Assembly: GCA_903888345.1 (NCBI GenBank) | Contig: CAISTG010000034.1 | Span: 6,823-70,822, forward strand | DNA: 64,000 bases | Reading direction: 5' to 3' | From: Candidatus Buchananbacteria bacterium | GTDB taxonomy: Bacteria; Patescibacteriota; Patescibacteriia; 2-01-FULL-39-33 | In this document: positions 9,242 to 18,694 of the stretch, piece after piece | How positions within the stretch are numbered: position 1 is the stretch's first letter | Layout: each line of letters begins with the position of its first letter | Notes under the pieces: model-generated | What the model saw: only the letters and a program-made list of their open reading frames with translations | Databases searched by the model: none | Told to the model about the DNA's origin: nothing | Program-made: the position numbers and the translations under genes

Positions 9242-10030
9242 CTAAAATCCAAATAACTTTTTAAAGAAACCGCCCATTTGACCAAAGAAACCAAAATGGT
9301 TTCCGTTCTTAACTTCAGTGCCTGCTCCGATACTCGCGACCACCGGTTTATTCTGATCAATCACCGAGCTGGCAGTAATCGACGTGCCACTAGTTAAACC
9401 CTGAACAACTACCGTATCGCCAACCATCACATTCGCAAGGGAAATAGTAGCTTGTCCCTTAACAATCTTAGCACTCGCCGTATCGACAGTATATTGAATG
9501 CCGCTTCTGGTAGCAACGGTTATGGTCGCACCACTAATAGCAGTCACGCTACCAGCTACCACCGGCTGTCCATTACCCGTAATTGCCGGAATAGTTGATG
9601 AGCCAAAACGTTCACCCTTACCATTAGTTCGCATTCCTTGTGGCCCACCATTAGAATTAAATCTGATGGAAGTAGCTGCGATATTGGTGCCACTGATCGT
9701 CCCTTCAATTCTTAGGCTATTGCCCACCGCTAAAGTACTGAGGCTACTGGCAACATTATCTTTAAAAACTTTGGCCGCGCTAGTATCAACAGTATAAGTG
9801 ATGGCCGTGCCAGCGTTACCAAAACCCTGGCGACCACTGACCATTAAGTTGGTGCCATTAATCGCCGTAATGGTGCCGCTGACGCCATTTTGTCGTTGCT
9901 GCAGCTGACCGCGACCGAATCGCTGTCCCGTTTCCACGCCAGTGGTCGCTGCCAAGGCAGGTGCTGTCGCCAAGATACCGGCACCAAAGACTAAGATAGA
10001 AATGATTGAAAGACTAGTTTTAGAATTCAT
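9242..10030 (-). CDS. Secreted protein with two internal ~95-aa repeats and a Gly/Phe-rich C-terminal tail
   Basis: Signal peptide ...ATAPALA. Repeat 1 ITAINGTNLMVSGRQ...ITYTVDTSAAKVFKD matches repeat 2 VTAISGATITVATRS...IQYTVDTASAKIVKG. Tail HFGFFGQMGGFFKKLFGF. Confidence 0.6.
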   Translation of the reverse strand: MNSKTSLSIISILVFGAGILATAPALAATTGVETGQRFGRGQLQQRQNGVSGTITAINGTNLMVSGRQGFGNAGTAITYTVDTSAAKVFKDNVASSLSTLAVGNSLRIEGTISGTNIAATSIRFNSNGGPQGMRTNGKGERFGSSTIPAITGNGQPVVAGSVTAISGATITVATRSGIQYTVDTASAKIVKGQATISLANVMVGDTVVVQGLTSGTSITASSVIDQNKPVVASIGAGTEVKNGNHFGFFGQMGGFFKKLFGF

Positions 10031-10254
10031 ATGTTTTGGTTAATTAATTATCGTTCTGTTATAAATACAATTGAGGTAACAGAAATATTCCAAAATAATT
10101 ACCCAAAAAAATATAATTAAAAATACCTAAAATGAGGCAAATATTTTATCAACACCATAATTGAAAGATAACCTCCAACATTAATGTATAATTTAATGTG
10201 TGTTATACTATAATTACGTTTAGAGACTACTAACCAGTAATAATCGGCTAACTT

Positions 10255-11016
10255 ATGAAAAATATATTCCACGTAAAATTACGGTTCAAAGTCTTAAGTT
10301 TTTTATTGCTCTTTACAATTGCGTTTTATTTTTTCCGTAGCAGCAACTACTATAACTATAAAATTTTGGCTGCCGATCTCGGAAGCATCCCCTGGCTATA
10401 TTCGACCATCGGCTTAATTTTCGGTGTTATCTCTGCTTTCATTATCCAAAAAGAATGGCAACAATGGAATGATCTAGTTGATGCTATTAAAGGTGAAAAC
10501 AATGCCCTATATGAATTATGGTTGTGGTCTGAACGCCTACCCCAAAACATCCATGCGAAACTTAAACAATCAATTATCACTTACTTAACGACAATGATTG
10601 GCGAAGGTTGGCAAAAAACTGAAGCAGGAGAAATTAGCGATGAGCTTGATGCCAATATCCGAGAGATGCATAATATTGTCGCCGATCTAAATGAAACGCA
10701 GCCAATCATGTCTTCGATTGCCTTTTCATTACTCAGTAATGTCATGAGCTATCGTGAAAAGAGAGTCCGTTATGGCTCGAGCCATATGCCCAGTATTCTG
10801 CTTTCAACTTTACGTTTTGCCACCTTTCTGATGATTGCCCTTTGTCCGTTAATCGTCGTTAAAGACTTCGAATTGCATTATATCTTTAGTATTAGTATTG
10901 CTTTCCTCTCTTATATCGTCTACCTAGTGTCTTATGACCTTGATCACCCACTACGACCTGGTGGCTGGCATCTGACCATGAAAGACTACCAGAAATTACT
11001 CGCGAAATTATCCTAA
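10255..11016 (+). CDS. Hypothetical membrane protein (TM helices at both ends)
   Basis: 253 aa ORF; one of the rare plus-strand genes. No recognisable catalytic motif. Confidence 0.5.
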   Translation: MKNIFHVKLRFKVLSFLLLFTIAFYFFRSSNYYNYKILAADLGSIPWLYSTIGLIFGVISAFIIQKEWQQWNDLVDAIKGENNALYELWLWSERLPQNIHAKLKQSIITYLTTMIGEGWQKTEAGEISDELDANIREMHNIVADLNETQPIMSSIAFSLLSNVMSYREKRVRYGSSHMPSILLSTLRFATFLMIALCPLIVVKDFELHYIFSISIAFLSYIVYLVSYDLDHPLRPGGWHLTMKDYQKLLAKLS

Positions 11017-11100
11017 AATTTATAATTAACAAAAAAACACCAGCCACGACTGATGTTTTTTTGTTCATAGCTATTTAATCCCCATCAACTGACATTTTCG

Positions 11101-11742
11101 TTAAAGCAACAACCGAAAATTTTTTTTAAAAATATAATGAAAAACCAGCCACGCCAACCCGATTCCGCCAATAATATCTGGCAAATAATGCTGTTTAATC
11201 AAAACCGTCGAGATGACAATCAAGCAGGTCAGTGGTAGTAACAACAATGCAAATTTACGACTCATTCGCATCAAGCAAAGATTAGCCAAAACCGTAAAAG
11301 TTACATGTTCACTAGGAAAAGAATTTTGCGCGGTATCCACTGAATAGATAAACAAAACTAGTTTATCAAAAATATTTACCGGTAAAACATCACCTCTGAT
11401 CATCATGGTCGGCAATAAAATAAAACAAAGATTGCAAATTAGTGCTGCCCAAAAAAATGATTTGGCGGTTGCCAAAAATAGTCTTTTATCTCGAGCAGCC
11501 AGAACAAACACCAGAATTAATACCGCTAAATATAAAATATATGGAACAATAAATATAGCAACAAAAGGAATCTTATCGTCCCAAGGAAATTTAAAAATAT
11601 AACCGCTAACAAAATTCCACTGAATTAGCTTATAGACTAAGGTGATTTGTAAGAGAAATAAAATAAAATAGATCTGCGCCTGATATTTTCTCCACATATT
11701 GTTCGGCATTAATATTGGGATTAAACTTGCCTCTAACTTCAT
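11101..11742 (-). CDS. PAP2-superfamily membrane phosphatase-like protein
   Basis: 213 aa, 5-6 TM helices; PSEH (like PSGH motif 2) and H-x3-D (HYLPD) near the C-terminus (motif 3). Confidence 0.45.
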   Translation of the reverse strand: MKLEASLIPILMPNNMWRKYQAQIYFILFLLQITLVYKLIQWNFVSGYIFKFPWDDKIPFVAIFIVPYILYLAVLILVFVLAARDKRLFLATAKSFFWAALICNLCFILLPTMMIRGDVLPVNIFDKLVLFIYSVDTAQNSFPSEHVTFTVLANLCLMRMSRKFALLLLPLTCLIVISTVLIKQHYLPDIIGGIGLAWLVFHYIFKKNFRLLL

Positions 11743-11761
11743 TATATTCTCTTTTCATAAT

Positions 11762-11797
11762 AAAACATACTCTCGGCCTAGGCCGAGAGTATGTTTT
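11762..11797. repeat. Perfect 36-nt palindrome (17-bp arms, 2-nt centre)
   Basis: AAAACATACTCTCGGCC ta GGCCGAGAGTATGTTTT; it lies between the PAP2-like gene start and the rpmG terminator. Confidence 0.8.
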
Positions 11798-11868
11798 ATT
11801 GGCACGGGATGGAGGTGCCGCCCCCCCGCTAGCGGTTTTGGAGACCGCTGTACTACTGTTATACGAAT

Positions 11869-11893
11869 CCCGCAAAAAAGCGCTAACAAGCGC
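11869..11893 (-). terminator. Rho-independent terminator of rpmG
   Basis: Minus strand reads GCGCUUGUUAGCGC followed by UUUUUUGCGGG immediately after the rpmG stop. Confidence 0.7.
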
Positions 11894-12049
11894 CTATTTG
11901 GTTTCTTTATGAGGAGTATGCTTTTTGCAATGTTTGCAATATTTGCTCATTTGCAATCTTTCTTTGAGCAATTTTTTATTTTTACGAGAAAAATAGTTAA
12001 TCTTTTTGCATTCAGTACACTCGAATTTGATCATGTTATCTTGGGACAT
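11894..12049 (-). CDS. rpmG: 50S ribosomal protein L33
   Basis: 51 aa, absent from the ORF track (<60 aa). [51 protein letters not shown] carries the C4 zinc ribbon and the HKETK C-terminus typical of L33. Confidence 0.8.
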   Translation of the reverse strand: MSQDNMIKFECTECKKINYFSRKNKKLLKERLQMSKYCKHCKKHTPHKETK

Positions 12050-12079
12050 ATCAGTAACTTAATTTATTGTTATTATTTA

Positions 12080-12151
12080 AGCCGGCCATCAGAATCGAAC
12101 TGATAACCTACCGCTTACAAGGCGGTTGCTCTACCATTGAGCTAGGCCGGC
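12080..12151 (-). tRNA. tRNA-Thr (anticodon UGU)
   Basis: Manual cloverleaf: acceptor GCCGGCC/GGCCGGC, D-stem GCTC/GAGC, anticodon stem ACCGC/GCGGT with loop CTTGTAA, T-stem ATCAG/CTGAT, T-loop TTCGATT. No encoded CCA. Confidence 0.85.
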
Positions 12152-12221
12152 ATTACCGCCAATTCGTAAATAGTATGGGTAAATACTAACATAAAACTAA
12201 CAAAAAGGCAAGTAGCTGAAT

Positions 12222-13484
12222 TTAAGCCAATTTTCCACTTAAAACAAAGGATTTAGCGTCAATAATCTTAACCTTGACAAATTGCCCAACTAGCGACTTT
12301 TTACCACTAAACGCCACAATTTTGTAGCTAGCGGTCTTGCCAAAACAACGGCCATTTTTATAGCCGTCAACCAGTAAAAGCTCCGTCTGACCCAGATACT
12401 TTTGACTATTCGCCAAGGCAGTTTCTTTTAGTAGCTTATTTAATCTCTCTTCGCGCCGCTTTTTTTCTAGCTTAGAGACATTATCTTTAAGTTGAGACGC
12501 GGCGGTACCAGAACGAGATGAATAACGATTAAGATAGGCCATATCAAAACCAATCATTTGCATTAATTCGGCCGTATGTTCAAATTGCTGTTTCGTCTCA
12601 CCCGGAAAACCAACGATGATATCGGTCGAAACGGTCAGGTTTTTAATTTTCTTCCTGGCCTGAGTGATTATTTTTTGATAATGCTCTGCAGTATAACGAC
12701 GATTCATTTTTTTTAGGATGTCATTATCACCGGATTGTAAGGCTAAATGCAGATAAGGTGTCAGATGTTTTCCTTGTGCCAAAACATTAATCAAGTCCAG
12801 TGAAAAATCCTTCGGATGGGAAGTTAGAAACCGCACCCAAAATTCACCCTCGATTTTATTCAGCGCCGTTAGCAACTTAGGAAAATTATAACGACCGCTC
12901 TGGTAAGAATTTACATTTTGGCCAAGTAAAACTATCTCTTTGTAGCCCTGAGCTACTAATTGCTGACATTCAGTAATAATACTTTTAGCAATTCGAGAAA
13001 CTTCCCGGCCGCGAGTGTAAGGCACCGCACAATAGGAGCAGAAATTATTACAGCCATTACTAATTGGCACGTAAGCAGTGAAAGTTGACTCGTGGTGCGC
13101 TGGCAGACATAAATAATCAGTCGTCGTCAGGACTGACTGCGATTCGATAATTTCAGGCAATTGATTTATTTCTTTGGCAGTAATAATCAGGTCAAATTGC
13201 AGGCCCAGCTTCTTTTTATCTTTAGTTAGTACGCAACCGGTCAAAATAGCTTGTAAGTGACCGGCTTTCCGCCGAGTCTGCCATTGGCGCGCCTTACCAT
13301 AAATCCGATCAATCGCCGATTGACGCACTGAGCAGGCCACCGCAATAATCAAATTTGCCTCGCGTTCACTATCAGTTTTTTTCCAACCCAAATTCAAAAG
13401 AATCATTTCGATTCTTTCGGCATCAGCCTGATTCATTTGGCAGCCTAAAACCAATAACAGGAATTTTTTAGTTGATTGCTTCAT
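12222..13484 (-). CDS. MiaB-family radical-SAM methylthiotransferase (MiaB/MtaB/RimO-like)
   Basis: 420 aa; N-terminal MTTase Cys cluster, radical-SAM CSYCAVPYTRGRE motif and C-terminal TRAM-like domain. Confidence 0.85.
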   Translation of the reverse strand: MKQSTKKFLLLVLGCQMNQADAERIEMILLNLGWKKTDSEREANLIIAVACSVRQSAIDRIYGKARQWQTRRKAGHLQAILTGCVLTKDKKKLGLQFDLIITAKEINQLPEIIESQSVLTTTDYLCLPAHHESTFTAYVPISNGCNNFCSYCAVPYTRGREVSRIAKSIITECQQLVAQGYKEIVLLGQNVNSYQSGRYNFPKLLTALNKIEGEFWVRFLTSHPKDFSLDLINVLAQGKHLTPYLHLALQSGDNDILKKMNRRYTAEHYQKIITQARKKIKNLTVSTDIIVGFPGETKQQFEHTAELMQMIGFDMAYLNRYSSRSGTAASQLKDNVSKLEKKRREERLNKLLKETALANSQKYLGQTELLLVDGYKNGRCFGKTASYKIVAFSGKKSLVGQFVKVKIIDAKSFVLSGKLA

Positions 13485-13625
13485 GAAAATTAACTTATCT
13501 AATTATTGATCGATCTGAATTAGCCCTAGATTCCCGCTTCTGCCTGACGACAGACAAGTGCGCAGAAATAACGAAGCAAGATCTTCATCCCAAAATCATA
13601 CCTTAAAACAACAAAATTTTCAAGA

Positions 13626-13652
13626 TAAAAAAAGTGGCCACTAACGACCACT
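13626..13652 (-). terminator. Putative terminator (AGUGGCCACU palindrome + U-run on minus strand)
   Basis: rc reads ggaGTGGTCGTTAGTGGCCACttttttt; it lies downstream of the small ORF 13670..13801. Confidence 0.35.
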
Positions 13653-13669
13653 CCAATTAAAGTAATAAT

Positions 13670-13801
13670 TTATCGTGCCACAAATAAAGTCAAAATTACC
13701 CCAATCGCAGCTGAGGCCAAGAGCATCATACCAGTCATGGTCACCACTCTTTGCGTCGAGGAAGTGCTTCTAACTACTTTTACTAATGTTTGCTTTGCCA
13801 T
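13670..13801 (-). CDS. Possible small membrane peptide (43 aa)
   Basis: MAKQTLVKVVRSTSSTQRVVTMTGMMLLASAAIGVILTLFVAR. The start lies 3 nt after the stop of 13804..14910, there is no obvious SD, and a terminator-like element follows. Confidence 0.25.
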   Translation of the reverse strand: MAKQTLVKVVRSTSSTQRVVTMTGMMLLASAAIGVILTLFVAR

Positions 13802-13803
13802 AT

Positions 13804-14910
13804 CTACTGAATAATGATTTTTATTCGTTTGCTATCGTTAGGGGTAGTATCGCGCCAATAAGGAGAAATTATGACTTCAATATTATTAATGACACCAGTT
13901 TGTGCCGCCCACGTGCGAATTTGTTGAGCAGTTTTTCCGGTAAAATTACTCTTATTAAGAGTGTCATTACCTTCGGTTAAATATGCCTTTAAAGGATAAC
14001 TAACTTTAATGATAATACTATTAGGGTTTTTGGAATCTAAAACCGTATATTTAATCTGACTAACGTCAATCGTTGTAGCCGAGAGGCCCTTGAGATCCAT
14101 CTTTTGGGTTTTCCGTGTTATTAATGCGGCTAACTGCGTTTCATCCGCCTTAACGATCTTTAAGCGAACAACCGCCGTTAAGGTGAAGGTCTTAGCCACA
14201 TCACCCAACTTCTTATCAATTTCATAACTGACTAGTTCGCCCTTAACATTAGTATTGGTCGAAGAAACGGTGGTCAAATAATCATCAACCGCTTTAGTGA
14301 CAATTTCTTTTTTGGCGAGATTAATATCGCTATCAGCAATATAGTAAGAATCGCCGCCAGTTGCCACCGCCAAAGGTTCCGCCACTTGACCGTAAATTTT
14401 ATCCTGTAACGTTGTTGCCAGCTTAATGATTGTCAGCTTACCACTAACTACTGACTGAAAGCTGGTTCCCTCTTTTGGATAAACATCAACCATAACACTG
14501 CCGCCAGCCGGAACATTAACCTCACTATTGGTGCGAACAATCACACCATTCTCAGCCTGAAATTGAGTTGTTTTAACTAACTTCTGACTCTTGGAATAGC
14601 TATTAACTACTTTAATGCGACCAACGAGGTTAGTGCCAGTAACTGGCTTCGTACTAGATGTATTATAAACAGCTGAAACCGTCGAACTAATTGTCTCAAT
14701 TATTCCACCCACAGCATCTTGATCAGCTAATTCAGCTGAAGTCGATGAGGTTCTAATCTCGGTGACAAAATTTAAATTAACCGTCTGAGCATCTGCCGTA
14801 ATCACTATAGTTGCCTGTGAATAAAACATTAAAAAAACAGCACACAAAATCATCGCCGCAAAAACGATAAAGGTGATGGAAATATTGCGATAAAGATTAA
14901 GTCGGCCCAT
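13804..14910 (-). CDS. Hypothetical membrane-anchored protein (N-terminal TM, extracytoplasmic Thr/Ser/Val-rich domain)
   Basis: 368 aa ORF downstream of dnaE; no recognisable motif. Confidence 0.55.
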   Translation of the reverse strand: MGRLNLYRNISITFIVFAAMILCAVFLMFYSQATIVITADAQTVNLNFVTEIRTSSTSAELADQDAVGGIIETISSTVSAVYNTSSTKPVTGTNLVGRIKVVNSYSKSQKLVKTTQFQAENGVIVRTNSEVNVPAGGSVMVDVYPKEGTSFQSVVSGKLTIIKLATTLQDKIYGQVAEPLAVATGGDSYYIADSDINLAKKEIVTKAVDDYLTTVSSTNTNVKGELVSYEIDKKLGDVAKTFTLTAVVRLKIVKADETQLAALITRKTQKMDLKGLSATTIDVSQIKYTVLDSKNPNSIIIKVSYPLKAYLTEGNDTLNKSNFTGKTAQQIRTWAAQTGVINNIEVIISPYWRDTTPNDSKRIKIIIQ

Positions 14911-15035
14911 ATTGCAAGTTAATGAGAAGAAGCCAATTTAATAAAAAACTATCAAAATTCGCTGAACTATGCTTCTGCTGTTTATTATAACACAAATTCA
15001 ATAAAAGACCTACTAATTGTGGATAAGTTTAACCA

Positions 15036-18000
15036 CTAAACCTTGACCGTTCCCGGCCCTAGCAATTGTTCAATCTCCTTTTGGAAGCTCTCGGTATAAT
15101 TAATACGAAAGGTGGTCCGAATTTTTTCACTACCCTGTTCCTTATTAACCAAAAATTCAACAAGATGATTACCCGGGTGCCGTAAAATTAACCCTTTTAG
15201 ATTTTTTGATAAATCATAAAGCAACGGATGACCTAGACTAATGGTGATAATTTTGTCGACAATGACTGGTTCTTTCTTGGGTGTGTTTTTTTCAAATCCT
15301 CCCGCCGGTCGAAAGCGACGGTTATTATTACTGCTCGCCTCACGTGAGGCAATCAAAAATTGATCTAAAGTTTCCTTTAAATTCTCCTTATTAATAACAA
15401 CGGCTAGGTCACATAGCACCTTACGTTCACCATCTTTATCGGAAATCACTCCAGAACAAATAATTAAATTATCTGGCTGCCAAAGATGAGGATTTTTTTC
15501 TAACACTTTGGGGAAAACTAAAATTTCAATATCGCCAGTAGTATCTTCAACTTTAACAAACAACATCGCATCACCTTTTTTGGTATAAATTTTTTTTATT
15601 GTCGAAATAACTCCAGCAACACGCACTTGTGAACCATCAGCGCAACCCTTTAAAGTTAAACAAGCAGCGGCATAATTTCGAACTTGTTTTTCAATATCCG
15701 ACATGGGATGCTCTGATATATATAATCCCAAATACTCTTTTTCCCAAGTTAACTTCTGACGCTTATCTAGCATTGCCACCTTATCTAAGCGCAACCGCGT
15801 CAAATTAATTTGTGCCGTAGAAGCAAATAAACTATCCTGACCATTACCCGCGCCCTGATTAATTTCATTGGAAAAAGTCAGCAACTTATCCATATTCGCC
15901 AGAATATGATTTCGTTCTGCCAGTGAATCCATTACACCAGTTTTGGCCATTGCCTCGAGTGAGCGTTTATTTAGATCCTTGCTTTTAACGCGCGACAACA
16001 AATCTTCCAAATCAGAATACTTGCCACCTCGTTTGCGCTCTTCAATAATTTCCTTAACGATATTCTCACCTAAACCCTTAACTCCCAATAAACCGAAGCG
16101 AATACGCGGTCGGCCCGTCTCTAAACTTTCAGCCACCACACCAAAATCAGAAAATGACTCATTAATATCGGGCGGTAAAACATCAATACCCATCTGACGA
16201 CATTCTTCGACTTCAATCGCGACGCGATCAAGATTAGTCTGATCGGACGTTAAAAGTGCCGCCATGAATTCAGCCGGATAATTCGCCTTTAACCAAGCGG
16301 TTTGATAGGCTATCAAGGCATAACAAGCCGCATGGGAACGATTAAAGCCATAGGAGGCAAACGGCAAAATAAATTCCCAAATCTTTTTAGCTACCGGACG
16401 TTCAATACCACCAGCAATCATTCCATCAATTAACTTGACTTCTTGTTCATCTAATAATTCTTTAATTTTCTTACCGACCGCTTTACGTAAAACATCGGCC
16501 TGACCATAAGTAAAGCCAGCCAAACTGCGTGCGATTTGAAAAATCTGCTCTTGATAAATCGCTACACCATAGGTTTTTTCTAAAATAGGCTTAAGTTTAG
16601 GATGCAAATAAACTGGCTTTTTACGACCATATTTACCGGCAATATAATCGGGAATATATTCAAGCGGACCCGGGCGATATAAAGCTACCATGGCGATTAA
16701 GTCTTCGATATCAGTTGGCATTAACTGCTTTAAATAGCGCTTCATGCCGGCACTTTCAAATTGAAACACACCAGTAGTACGACCATCTTGAAAAATTTTA
16801 TATGATTTCTTATCATCCAGCGGAATGGTATCAATATTAACATCAAGATTATGAATTTTCTTGACTACCTTTAAGGCCTGTTCAATAATAGTTAAGTTAG
16901 ATAGACCCAAAAAGTCCATTTTAAGTAAGCCCAATTCTTCAACCATTTTTCCCTCATATTGAACGATGATAGTTTCGTTGCTACCAAACTGACGCGGCGC
17001 ATAATGATCGATCGCCTCCGGCGTAATCACTACTCCGCAAGCATGTGTCCCCGCATGACGACAAACACCTTCCAAGCGTTTGGCGATGGCGATTAATTTC
17101 GAGCCATCGTCATCACTCAAAATATCTTTCAATTCGGGCACCGCTTCACAAGCCTCGTCTAAATCCATACCCATGGGAATCAATTTAGCCACGCGATCAC
17201 AATAATTATAAGGAATGCTCATCGCTCGTCCCACATCACGTATCGCATTACGCGCCGCCATCGTTCCAAAAGTAATAATTTGAGCGACATGATCGCGGCC
17301 GTATTTTTCGGCGACATAATTCAAAACATCATCGCGGCGCGAATCAGCAAAATCAGTATCGATATCAGGCATCGAGATGCGCTCGGGATTTAAAAATCTC
17401 TCAAAAATCAAATCATACTTAATCGGATCAATATTAGTGATCTTAGTTAAATAAGCCACAATGGAGCCAGCCGCTGATCCACGTCCTGGACCGACCACCA
17501 CGCCATTATTTTTGGCCCAAATAATAAAATCAGACACGATTAAAAAATAGCCGGCGTAACCAGTCTTCTCAATAATTCCTAACTCATAATCCAGCCGCTC
17601 CTGAAGTTCAGTGGTAATTACCTCGCCATAACGTTCCGTTAATCCCTGCTGACATAATTCGCGTAAATAGCTATCAGAGGTCATGCCAGCTGGTAAATCA
17701 AAAATCGGCAAAATATTTTCACCCAAAGTTAATTCTAAATTACATTGCTCGGCCACCTTTAGGGTATTGGTAATTACTTCGGGATGATCAGCAAAAGCCG
17801 CCAGCATATCGTCACCCGACTTGAAAGACAAATCAAAGCCGATGTATTTCATGCGATCCGTATCTGACAAAACTTTTTTGGTTTGAATACAAAGTAAAAC
17901 GTCCTGTGCATAATCATCATCCTTATTTGGATAATGAATATCGTTTGTCGCCACGACCGGCACACCAGTTTCCGCCGCCAAGGCAAACACTGCCTCGTTA

Positions 18001-18560
18001 ACTTGATTTTGTTTGGCAAAATGTGGGTGCGATTGCACTTCCAAATAAAAGTTTTCGGCTCCAAATAATTCCCGATATTTCGTAATCATTTCTCTGGCAG
18101 CAGCTAAATCATTATTTAAAATATGATTAGCCAATTCGCCAGCCGTGCAGGCCGTCGAGCAAATAATTCCCTCGTGATATTGCTCCAACAACTCAAAATC
18201 AATGCGCGGTTTATAATAAAAACCCTCTAAATGAGCAATTGTCGTCAGTTTCACTAGATTCTGATAGCCAATTAAATTTTTGGCTAATAAAATCAAATGA
18301 TAAGGCCGCTCATCAAGCTTGGGACGCTTATTCAGGTGACCGTTACGTGCGACGTAAGCTTCAACGCCGACGATCGGTTTAATACCGGCCTTCTTCGCTT
18401 TTTTATAAAACTCAATTGCCCCATACATAACACCGTGGTCGGTTAAGGCCATCGCTGGCATTTCGTATTGCTTAGCCAATTTTACAAGTTCATCAATCTT
18501 ACCCAAACCATCAAGGAGTGAGTAATGCGAATGGGTATGCAAGTGGACAAAAGGAGTCAT
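15036..18560 (-). CDS. dnaE: DNA polymerase III alpha subunit
   Basis: 1174 aa; N-terminal PHP domain (HLHTHSHYSLLDG), polymerase core and OB-fold regions. Confidence 0.95.
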   Translation of the reverse strand: MTPFVHLHTHSHYSLLDGLGKIDELVKLAKQYEMPAMALTDHGVMYGAIEFYKKAKKAGIKPIVGVEAYVARNGHLNKRPKLDERPYHLILLAKNLIGYQNLVKLTTIAHLEGFYYKPRIDFELLEQYHEGIICSTACTAGELANHILNNDLAAAREMITKYRELFGAENFYLEVQSHPHFAKQNQVNEAVFALAAETGVPVVATNDIHYPNKDDDYAQDVLLCIQTKKVLSDTDRMKYIGFDLSFKSGDDMLAAFADHPEVITNTLKVAEQCNLELTLGENILPIFDLPAGMTSDSYLRELCQQGLTERYGEVITTELQERLDYELGIIEKTGYAGYFLIVSDFIIWAKNNGVVVGPGRGSAAGSIVAYLTKITNIDPIKYDLIFERFLNPERISMPDIDTDFADSRRDDVLNYVAEKYGRDHVAQIITFGTMAARNAIRDVGRAMSIPYNYCDRVAKLIPMGMDLDEACEAVPELKDILSDDDGSKLIAIAKRLEGVCRHAGTHACGVVITPEAIDHYAPRQFGSNETIIVQYEGKMVEELGLLKMDFLGLSNLTIIEQALKVVKKIHNLDVNIDTIPLDDKKSYKIFQDGRTTGVFQFESAGMKRYLKQLMPTDIEDLIAMVALYRPGPLEYIPDYIAGKYGRKKPVYLHPKLKPILEKTYGVAIYQEQIFQIARSLAGFTYGQADVLRKAVGKKIKELLDEQEVKLIDGMIAGGIERPVAKKIWEFILPFASYGFNRSHAACYALIAYQTAWLKANYPAEFMAALLTSDQTNLDRVAIEVEECRQMGIDVLPPDINESFSDFGVVAESLETGRPRIRFGLLGVKGLGENIVKEIIEERKRGGKYSDLEDLLSRVKSKDLNKRSLEAMAKTGVMDSLAERNHILANMDKLLTFSNEINQGAGNGQDSLFASTAQINLTRLRLDKVAMLDKRQKLTWEKEYLGLYISEHPMSDIEKQVRNYAAACLTLKGCADGSQVRVAGVISTIKKIYTKKGDAMLFVKVEDTTGDIEILVFPKVLEKNPHLWQPDNLIICSGVISDKDGERKVLCDLAVVINKENLKETLDQFLIASREASSNNNRRFRPAGGFEKNTPKKEPVIVDKIITISLGHPLLYDLSKNLKGLILRHPGNHLVEFLVNKEQGSEKIRTTFRINYTESFQKEIEQLLGPGTVKV

Positions 18561-18694
18561 GAAATTTAGTTTGAGCCTTTATTTAGCAATTAAAGACAAA
18601 AACTCCCCAAGGCTAGAGAGTTTTGTTTATTGAGTAAAATGTGATTGTACCATTACCATTATACAAAAAAATGGACTTAAAAACAAACTGAAAA

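Noticed and set aside
11699-12103. 134-aa plus-strand ORF
   Set aside because: Lies antisense to the well-supported rpmG gene and spans its terminator and palindrome; low-complexity, no RBS.
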